This document shows, piece after piece, positions 1 through 7,392 of a stretch of DNA of 64,000 nucleotides. Position 1 is the stretch's first letter; every line of letters begins with the position of its first letter. The position numbers and the translations under genes were made by a program. The stretch lies in contig JAGSHB010000003.1 in NCBI GenBank assembly GCA_023954815.1, positions 8,998-72,997 of the forward strand, given 5' to 3'. The notes under the pieces were generated by a model. It did no database searches. It was given only the letters and a program-made list of their open reading frames with translations, and had not been told where the DNA came from. Origin of the DNA: Myxococcales bacterium. GTDB lineage: Bacteria > Myxococcota_A > UBA9042.

Positions 1-1193
1 TCCGGGACCGCGATGTCGTCTGTCACCTCGCTCATCTTGCGGGGCGGCTCCATCAGGTGCGCCTTGAGGATGTCGAACGTGCTCTTTTCTTGGCCGAAGA
101 CCTGCTGACCCGTGAGCATGCGGAAAGCGAGCGCGCCCACGGCATAGATGTCGGACCGGCCGTCGATGTCACCTGCCCGAATCTGCTCTGGGCTCATGTA
201 GAAGGGCGTACCAAAGATGTCCTTCTGGGAGTGGATTGTGTACGGGTCGTCGACGTCCTCCACCTTGGCGAGGCCGAAATCGAGGATCTTCACAAAATCC
301 GGATGCGGACCGTCGGCCTGCAGCATGATGTTCTCAGGCTTCAGGTCTCGGTGAACGATGCCTGCGGAGTGCGCTTCCGATAGGGAGTCGCACATCTGTA
401 GCAAGATCGCGGTGGTCCGACGCGGCGGCATGGGCCCTTCGCGGACAAGCGCCTCGTCGAGGGCCTCGCCTTGGAGCAGCTCCATGACGAGGTAAAACAC
501 CTCACCCCAACGGCCAAAATCGTAGACCATCACCGTGTGCTGGCTCGATAGGCGGCTGATCGCGCGGGCCTCTCTAGTAAATCGGCTGACGAGCTGCTTT
601 TTCGAGATGAGATTTTCGTGCAGCAGCTTGATCGCCATCTCTTTGCGGAGATGGATCTGCTCAACACGGTAGACCGCACCCATGCCGCCCCGGCCCACCA
701 GCGACTTCACTAAGTAACGGTCGTCGATGAGCTTGCCGATGTAGGCGCTGCGCTCGGTGCCGTCAGGTTCGCCCGTGTCCTCAACTGATGACACGCGGGT
801 CTCTGCGTTATGGTCCACGTCCCCTTTCGGCGCTTCCCCGGGCACCATCTTGTGACGATCGGTGCTGCGACCTGGATTCGGCGCGGCATCGGGCAGAGAA
901 GCCAGATCGGGGGCGGCTGGACCTTCCGGGCGCTCCGGCGGCGCATCGATGGAGTACATCAGCGTATTGTCACGCTTTCGCGGCTTTTCTGCCGCTTTCT
1001 CAGCAGTGTTCTGTTCGTTTGCGCTCGCGCTAGGGGCTGCGTGCGCACCCGACTTCGGTTTCTTTCCGGCCGGCAGCGGCGGCGGCTTGGGCGCCTTCGC
1101 ACCATGGCGCCCACCGCCCAAAGGCGTCCCGTCAGCAGGGCAGAACTGCTTGTCGTCAGGGTACTCAGTGCTGCATTTGGGACAGACCTTCAT
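1..1193 (-). CDS. Serine/threonine protein kinase with an N-terminal zinc-ribbon; C-terminal part runs off the window edge (partial)
   Basis: Manual translation of the minus strand; this ORF is absent from the supplied track because it has no in-window stop. Start MKVCPKCSTEYPDDKQFCPADG (ATG complement at 1191-1193). Kinase motifs GRGGMGAVY, AIK, HRDLKPENI, DFGLAK, GTPFYMSPE. Confidence 0.8.
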   Translation of the reverse strand, partial: MKVCPKCSTEYPDDKQFCPADGTPLGGGRHGAKAPKPPPLPAGKKPKSGAHAAPSASANEQNTAEKAAEKPRKRDNTLMYSIDAPPERPEGPAAPDLASLPDAAPNPGRSTDRHKMVPGEAPKGDVDHNAETRVSSVEDTGEPDGTERSAYIGKLIDDRYLVKSLVGRGGMGAVYRVEQIHLRKEMAIKLLHENLISKKQLVSRFTREARAISRLSSQHTVMVYDFGRWGEVFYLVMELLQGEALDEALVREGPMPPRRTTAILLQMCDSLSEAHSAGIVHRDLKPENIMLQADGPHPDFVKILDFGLAKVEDVDDPYTIHSQKDIFGTPFYMSPEQIRAGDIDGRSDIYAVGALAFRMLTGQQVFGQEKSTFDILKAHLMEPPRKMSEVTDDIAVP

Positions 1194-1251
1194 CTAGTTC
1201 GGTGTCTCAAGGCGTGGGTGAATGACATGGGCAAATGATGCAGACGAGTGG

Positions 1252-2871
1252 CTAGGGGCGGAAGGGGGTGGGCAGGACGCCCGGTTTCTTGCGCCAGACG
1301 GGCGTGTAGTAGCGACCGGGCGGGAGTGCAAGTGCCTGACGCGCGGCGCCGTCGTGGCTGGCGATCCACAGGCGTGCGCCTCGGCCGTCTTCGTTGGAGA
1401 CGTAGACGACGCGGCGACCACAGCTGGCCCATGAAGGCTCTAGTGAACGCTTGCCGCGGCCCGGCGTGAGTCGCTGCATTTGTTTGGCCATGTCGACGGT
1501 CAAAATGTCCACGGCGCTGCCACGCAGACCAGAATAGACGATCTTATTGTCGGCGCCCCAGTCCGGTCCGGTGTTGTAGGGACCCGCGAAGGTCATCCGC
1601 TGCACATTCGAGCCGTCGGCGTTCATCGTATAGATCTGCGGCCGACCTGTGCGATTGCTGACGAAGGCGAGACGCGTGCCGTCGGGGGACCAGGAGGGAT
1701 CCAGATCGTCGGACTCGTGATTGGTCAGGTTGCGAATCGGCTTGCCGTTGGCTCCGAGCAGCCACAAGTCGGCCTGATCGCCATCATTGATCGTCGCCAC
1801 GACCTGACCGTAGCGGTTCATGGCCGCTGTTCTAAACTGCAGGTTTGCGCCGGTCGCCCAAGGCTTTGCTGGCGCGCCGGGCATTTTGCCGGTGACTTTG
1901 GCCGCACGTTTGCCTTTCTTTGCACGACGTCTCTTCAGGCCGCGCCGCCGCTTCTTCCGCCGCTTCTTCCGGCGCGTCTTTGGCTGTTTGGCTCCCAGAA
2001 TCACCGGCGTGGTGCCGTTGGGTGAGGCCGCCCAAGCGCGTTGGGTCGATGGGCCGTCGAGTCGAAAGAGGGAGGGCAAGTCTGGCGCAAAACTCACGAA
2101 GTTCACGCCGAGATCGAGCGTCGGGCGGGGGAGCATGTGAATGCCTTTGCTACCGACGATGATGCGCGCGTTGTAGCCGTCCGCGTCCGCCATCCAAATG
2201 CAGCGGTGGCAGCCTGGTCCGGGGCTGCTGTAAAAGAGCTGATCGTCAAAGCTGCCTTCGACACCGGTCATCGCGCCGAAAATGGCGTTCGCCGCGCGGT
2301 GTGCGAGACGGCGGATGCTCTTGGCTGGCCCACGCTGCATCGCCCGACGACCGAGCGCCAGACGTTTGCCGGTGCGCACATTGATGACACCGACATGCAA
2401 TTCGACTTGGCCTTTCTGGCCCCGCGCTTTTCGGGCCCAACTCGCGACGGCATAGACGACATTGGCTTTGCGAGCTGCGGCCAAGTTGACCTCAAAGGCA
2501 GGAAGGTTGTAGCGCTTGATCGCGCCAACGGTGCCTTTTTTCAGCTCCAAAGCGCGCACCACGCCACTGAGGCGCATGTCATTGTGCAGCACGGACTGCA
2601 CCTCGTTGCACCAAGCCTTGTAGGGGCCGCAGGCGGTCGGCAGCACGAGCACACCGTCCATCGGGCGCTGCGTGGCCTCGACGATGACGTAGAGTCCCTC
2701 GTCATCTGCAGCGGGCTCAGCAGCGCTCCCCGGCTTGCCAGCATCCGGTTTAACGGCAGCTGGGCGCGGGACCTGTGCGAATGCTAGGGCCGTACAACTC
2801 AACATCCAGGCAGCGACCCACAGCCGCAACGCGCCGGGCGTGGGACGGAAGGGATGACGGGATTTGGGCAT
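1252..2871 (-). CDS. tolB: TolB homolog: TolB N-terminal domain plus PD40/WD40-like beta-propeller, with a ~30-aa polybasic insertion
   Basis: Signal peptide MPKSRH...CTALAFA. TolB N-domain motif RRLAHRAANAIFGAMTGVEGSFDDQLFY...ADADGYN. PD40 repeats (DPSWSPDGTRLAFVS, QIYTMNADGSN). RBS GGAG 7 nt upstream of the ATG at 2869-2871. Confidence 0.7.
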   Translation of the reverse strand: MPKSRHPFRPTPGALRLWVAAWMLSCTALAFAQVPRPAAVKPDAGKPGSAAEPAADDEGLYVIVEATQRPMDGVLVLPTACGPYKAWCNEVQSVLHNDMRLSGVVRALELKKGTVGAIKRYNLPAFEVNLAAARKANVVYAVASWARKARGQKGQVELHVGVINVRTGKRLALGRRAMQRGPAKSIRRLAHRAANAIFGAMTGVEGSFDDQLFYSSPGPGCHRCIWMADADGYNARIIVGSKGIHMLPRPTLDLGVNFVSFAPDLPSLFRLDGPSTQRAWAASPNGTTPVILGAKQPKTRRKKRRKKRRRGLKRRRAKKGKRAAKVTGKMPGAPAKPWATGANLQFRTAAMNRYGQVVATINDGDQADLWLLGANGKPIRNLTNHESDDLDPSWSPDGTRLAFVSNRTGRPQIYTMNADGSNVQRMTFAGPYNTGPDWGADNKIVYSGLRGSAVDILTVDMAKQMQRLTPGRGKRSLEPSWASCGRRVVYVSNEDGRGARLWIASHDGAARQALALPPGRYYTPVWRKKPGVLPTPFRP

Positions 2872-2967
2872 TTTCGATCTCCAGAGCGAACACGAACCAT
2901 CGCCCGTGTCGCGCACCCGGTCAATGTGGCAGCGCAGATGGCTGAGATGATGGGCGGGCTGTTTGAG

Positions 2968-4287
2968 CTATTGCGCGGTCAGCGTCAACTGTGGATTGTC
3001 GCGCAAGTCAGAAATCCAGGGGGTGACGACGGCCACATCTTCGGCGTGCACGTAGGTGCGCTCCATGAACGTCGTGTCTTCGTAGCGTGCGAAGAGTTTG
3101 GTCGCCTCGCCGAGCGGTCTGAAGCGTGGCTGGCCGATGCGGGGCTGAATTCGCACGAAGATCTGGCGCTCTGGATCGGCCTTGCCACGGTATTTCGACA
3201 CCGCGCTTTTGCTCGTCACATGCACATAATCGAGGCCCGCGTCGTCGAGCCTCGCCTCGAGCTCAGTCAGATCATCCCAGCGCTCATGCCACCCACGCTC
3301 CGCCACGCAACTGAGGGGGCGGCCCTGCAAAATACCGCGGGCCCACCGCGATCGCGCCGCGCCTTTTTGCAGCTGTCTGAACACTGCGGGGTCGTCAAAC
3401 TCAAGGAAATCGCCGGGACTGGGCGGCACCGTAAAGTCCGGCGTCTGCTCGTAGAACCGCTTAAGCATCTGGTCGAAGCATTCAACTTTATAGTGAAAGT
3501 AGACCATCAAGAACATGTGGTATCGCGACAGCAGAAAGTCATCGAACGTGTAGAGCGCGCTGTCTTCGAGGGCCAGGTAAACGCGGCCGTTATCCGCCTC
3601 GTAGTAGGTCAGGTGACCGATGAGCCAGTCGTGATCGAATTTTCCGTAGGACACGCCGCTGAAGTAGCTATCCCGCAGGAGATAGTCCATCCGGTCGACA
3701 TCGAGTTCACTGGAGCAAATGGCGCTCAGCACACCCCTCAGATTGCGCCCACTGACCGCGAAGGCGTCGTCCGCGTCTGTGATGCCAGAGTAGAGCAGGG
3801 CTGCGATGTGATGCGGCGCGATGCCCATGGGGCCAAAGGCCTGCTCCACTACAGGCGTGAGTTCGGAGTCCATGAGCAGCTTGAAGGTGTAGTGCTCATG
3901 GCGGGCTTGCTTGGTCGAGTCAGCGGCGTCCATGTGGGGGATCGCCAGGGCCGCGATCGTCGGAAAGAGCGCTTCCGAGGTGTGCGATAGCGGGGCGTGA
4001 CCGGTGTCGTGACAGAGCGCAGCGAGGCGCAGGGTCTGGCGAAGACGGGCCCTGTCGTCGGCGCCGAACCACGTCGCGTCACGAAAGACCGCGTCGAAGG
4101 CCTGGCCTGCCAAGTGCATGACGCCGATAGAGTGCAGAAAGCGGGTGTGGACGGCGCCCGGGAAGACCATGTCGGCGAAACCGAGCTGCTTGATCCGTCT
4201 TAGACGTCGAAAAAATGGGCTCTCGATAATCGCTTGTTCGCCATCACTGACGCTGATGTTGCCGTGGATGGGGTCGCGGATCTCCAT
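2968..4287 (-). CDS. HD-domain phosphohydrolase, dGTPase/SAMHD1-like dNTP triphosphohydrolase family
   Basis: Internal start MEIRDPIHGNI..., then SPFFRRLRRIKQLG, HTRFLHSIGV and LAALCHDTGHAPLSHTSE (HD motif). The upstream 120 codons of the ORF look non-coding. Confidence 0.7.
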   Translation of the reverse strand: MEIRDPIHGNISVSDGEQAIIESPFFRRLRRIKQLGFADMVFPGAVHTRFLHSIGVMHLAGQAFDAVFRDATWFGADDRARLRQTLRLAALCHDTGHAPLSHTSEALFPTIAALAIPHMDAADSTKQARHEHYTFKLLMDSELTPVVEQAFGPMGIAPHHIAALLYSGITDADDAFAVSGRNLRGVLSAICSSELDVDRMDYLLRDSYFSGVSYGKFDHDWLIGHLTYYEADNGRVYLALEDSALYTFDDFLLSRYHMFLMVYFHYKVECFDQMLKRFYEQTPDFTVPPSPGDFLEFDDPAVFRQLQKGAARSRWARGILQGRPLSCVAERGWHERWDDLTELEARLDDAGLDYVHVTSKSAVSKYRGKADPERQIFVRIQPRIGQPRFRPLGEATKLFARYEDTTFMERTYVHAEDVAVVTPWISDLRDNPQLTLTAQ

Positions 4288-4375
4288 GGGTGTGCTCCTG
4301 GCGGCCGATGCGCGCCTCGCTGGCGTGTACCACATGGGGCCGTTGGGTACCGAATCGCGGCGGTTTTGCCGGGGG

Positions 4376-6280
4376 CTATTGCAGCGGCGTGCCCGGCCAA
4401 CGCTTGCAGGCGATCTGCAGCTTTGAGCCCGGTTTTGCGCGCTGGCACATGCGCAATGCGCCTTCGATTGGCGCCCGCATGGTCGGCCGCGCTTCCGATA
4501 GCACGCGCAGACGACGCAGCGCGCCAGCCGGTCTCCGTGCCTGTTGCTCGGCGAACACTGCGGCGGCCACCCACGATGGGTTCGTGTCCGGAGATTTGGT
4601 GAACCGCGCGGCCCAAGACTTCGCCGCGGGATCTGCCGCCGCCACACCGGCGACGTAGACTTTGCGCCCCCACGTCAAATCAACACGCTTGAGCTGCTGG
4701 CCTGTGACGAAGGCCCGCCCATAACGGCGGCACATTACATCCGCGTCGATCGCAGCCTTGCGGGTCGGGTCGTCTTGGCGGCGCAGGGTGCCCGCCTTTT
4801 GGATCAGGGGATCGAGCACGTCGCAGTGGCCCAGTCGCGTCTCGGCTTGGACGAGCAATGTCCACGGCGCCGGCGCCTGTGGATCGATGGTGTGCGCCGC
4901 AGTGAGATGCGTCGCCGCGCCCTGATTGTCCTTCGCACCAAGTCGCAAGCGGCCGAGGTTGTAGCGCATCCGCAGGTTGTTCGGCCGAACTGCGGCGCCG
5001 TGGGCGAAGAGCTGCGCCTCCGACTGCCAGTGCTCGCCTTCAGCAGCTGATGCACTCGCCCAGGGCACCAGCAATCCGAGCGCTAGGCCCAGCGCCGCAC
5101 GCTGCGCGATACCGCCTGCGCACCAAGCTCGCCCAAGCAGGGCGGCGATCATCCCCACCATCGCGATAGACGGCAGAAAGAGCAGCCGGTCGGCAAAAAC
5201 AACGGTGGATGCGAACAGCAGGTTGGACACGGGGAGCCAAGCGCCACCGAACCAAGCGATGGTGGCCGCTGGTGTGCCCGTACTGTGCGCAGACCGCACC
5301 CGCAGCAAATCGCGTACCGCCAGCGCCACGAGGCTGAGCACAATCACGCCGCCTGTCAGTACGAGCCAACCGGCTGGGTGCAGCACTGGCAGCGAATCAA
5401 AGGTCTCATCCGGTGCGAGATCGTAGGGCCACAGCAGCTTTTTCGCAGCGTAGGCGACGAGCCACAGGGCACCCAGCAGGCGCTCGCCCACGCCGACATG
5501 GGCCAGCGGATTGTCGTGAGCGGCGATGAATGGCGTGCCGAGCCAGGTCGCGCGCCACGCCAGCCACAGCAAGCAAACCACTGCCGTCGCTGCGAGCCAT
5601 GTTGCAGCGGTGCGCCGATCGCCATCCCGTTGGCTCCACAGCCACACCGTCCACGGCGCCAAGACGGTCAACGCGGACTCCTTGCTCCACAGGGCCACGA
5701 GCATCAGCATGAGGGAGGCGGGGCCAGCCCACTTCTGGCCGCGCGCACAGGCGATGAACGCCAGCGTCGCCGCCAGCGCCAGCGCAGCAGCCTGCAACTC
5801 CGGGCGATAGGCCACGCACAGCACCGACGAGGCATGCAGTGGATGAGCGGCGAAAAGCAGGGTCGCCAAAGTCGCGCTCACCCGAATGAGCTGCGGTGGC
5901 TGACCGCGCAGAAGTGAAGCCACCAGGAGCCCAACCAGCCCGCAAATCAAGGCATAAAGCAGCAAATTGACGGCATGCCTACCGGGGCTACCGAGGTCCA
6001 GACCCGCTTCCACCGCATAGCCCAGGGTGACCAGCGGGCGACTGAGACCCTGGGTGGCAAACCCGCGGGCCGGGCCAAACCAGGGCGTGGTGAAGATCTG
6101 AGCGATATTCGGCGGCCAGCGCACATTGGCGTTGTCGATCACGGCCGGATGATCATCGTGCACGTAGCTGGCAGTGAGGGCAGGAGGGCCAAATAGCAGC
6201 CCCGTGAGGACGAGCCCGAGCCCCATGAGCGCCAGGGGCAACTGGCGACCACCACGGGGCGGACCGGCGGTTTGGCTCAT
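4376..6280 (-). CDS. Polytopic membrane protein with C-terminal TPR repeats (TMTC/PMT_2-like, GT39/DUF1736-type putative glycosyltransferase)
   Basis: About 11 predicted TM segments in the N-terminal 400 aa, then a TPR-like region. The start ATG overlaps the rodA stop (ATGA). Confidence 0.6.
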   Translation of the reverse strand: MSQTAGPPRGGRQLPLALMGLGLVLTGLLFGPPALTASYVHDDHPAVIDNANVRWPPNIAQIFTTPWFGPARGFATQGLSRPLVTLGYAVEAGLDLGSPGRHAVNLLLYALICGLVGLLVASLLRGQPPQLIRVSATLATLLFAAHPLHASSVLCVAYRPELQAAALALAATLAFIACARGQKWAGPASLMLMLVALWSKESALTVLAPWTVWLWSQRDGDRRTAATWLAATAVVCLLWLAWRATWLGTPFIAAHDNPLAHVGVGERLLGALWLVAYAAKKLLWPYDLAPDETFDSLPVLHPAGWLVLTGGVIVLSLVALAVRDLLRVRSAHSTGTPAATIAWFGGAWLPVSNLLFASTVVFADRLLFLPSIAMVGMIAALLGRAWCAGGIAQRAALGLALGLLVPWASASAAEGEHWQSEAQLFAHGAAVRPNNLRMRYNLGRLRLGAKDNQGAATHLTAAHTIDPQAPAPWTLLVQAETRLGHCDVLDPLIQKAGTLRRQDDPTRKAAIDADVMCRRYGRAFVTGQQLKRVDLTWGRKVYVAGVAAADPAAKSWAARFTKSPDTNPSWVAAAVFAEQQARRPAGALRRLRVLSEARPTMRAPIEGALRMCQRAKPGSKLQIACKRWPGTPLQ

Positions 6281-7392
6281 GTTCTGGCTCTACGACGCAG
6301 GGCGATGTTGACCAAAAATCCGATGCCGATGAGGACGGTCAGCACACTGGAGCCGCCATAACTCATCAGGGGCAGGGTCATACCGACCACGGGCAGCATG
6401 CCGATGACCATCCCTGCGTTGATGAAGAACTGCCAAAATATGAGGGCCGCCACCCCCACCGCCACAAGGGCATCGTATCGCTCCCTGGCATGGTTCGCTA
6501 AATACAGCGCCCACCATAAAACCCCCATATACAAGCCGAAAAGCGCGACTGTACCCACCAAACCAAAGAGCTCCGCCCACGCCGCCAGGGCAAAATCTGT
6601 GTAGAGAAAGGGCAAATGTCGGAGCACCGACCGCCGCGCGTCATCCGAATCTCGGCCGAGCATGCGCCCAGAGCCAACGGCCCACAGCGCCTGTTCCGAC
6701 TGCGAGGCCCGTGCCGTGCGTCGCTGGGTGACCGCGTTTTCATCCAGGGCCATCCACGCCTGCACGCGGCCTTTTTGGTAGTCGCGCACCGCACCCATTC
6801 GCCAAGCGATTGGCACGCCGATGAGCAGCAGCAGGGCTCCTGCGATCAGCGTCTGTTTGCGCACACCTTCGTACAAAATGATCGAGCCGCCGATCATCGA
6901 TACACACAGCGAGGTACCCAGGTCGGGCTCCAAGTTGATGAGAATCACCGGCGCACCCACCAGCAGCAGGGGCATTACCAAATGGCGCAGTGGCCATTCG
7001 ATGGTCCGTCGTCTGGCGTCAAACCAATCCGCCAGCATCAGCACAACGGCGAGCTTCATGAACTCGGACGGCTGCATATTCATCGGCCCGAGCTCGATCC
7101 AGCGCCGGCTGTGGTTGATCTCGCGACCGAAGATCAGCACGGCGACCAGCAGCACGCAAAGCGCCAGGTAGATGGAAAAGCCCATGCGTCGGATGAAGGC
7201 CATGTCTAGACCAGCCGCGACGCCACCGCCCACCAGGCCGACTACCAGCCAAATGGTCTGGCTGCGGTGGAAGTTGGTGTCGTGCAGCGAGTCGATAAAC
7301 CACAGATTGTAGATGGAGGAGGCGCAGATCAGCATCAGGCATCCGAGGCCGATAATCAGCGATCCTTGTCGCATCCGGGCGGCGAGATTCAT
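6277..7392 (-). CDS. rodA: Rod shape-determining protein RodA (SEDS family peptidoglycan glycosyltransferase)
   Basis: SEDS motifs PSEFMKL, EPDLGT and SYGGSS. Sits directly downstream of PBP2 with a 4-nt overlap. Confidence 0.9.
   Translation of the reverse strand: MNLAARMRQGSLIIGLGCLMLICASSIYNLWFIDSLHDTNFHRSQTIWLVVGLVGGGVAAGLDMAFIRRMGFSIYLALCVLLVAVLIFGREINHSRRWIELGPMNMQPSEFMKLAVVLMLADWFDARRRTIEWPLRHLVMPLLLVGAPVILINLEPDLGTSLCVSMIGGSIILYEGVRKQTLIAGALLLLIGVPIAWRMGAVRDYQKGRVQAWMALDENAVTQRRTARASQSEQALWAVGSGRMLGRDSDDARRSVLRHLPFLYTDFALAAWAELFGLVGTVALFGLYMGVLWWALYLANHARERYDALVAVGVAALIFWQFFINAGMVIGMLPVVGMTLPLMSYGGSSVLTVLIGIGFLVNIALRRRART

Noticed and set aside
2041-3990. Plus-strand ORFs (248 aa and 378 aa) antisense to tolB and the HD hydrolase
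   Set aside because: Antisense of well-supported genes, no motifs, typical high-GC spurious frames.
4290-4647. 120-codon N-terminal extension of the HD hydrolase ORF, overlapping the 3' end of the upstream TPR-protein gene (4376..6280)
   Set aside because: The conserved dNTPase N-terminal motif starts at the internal Met (MEIRDPIHG). The extension is Arg/Cys/Ser-rich with no homology.
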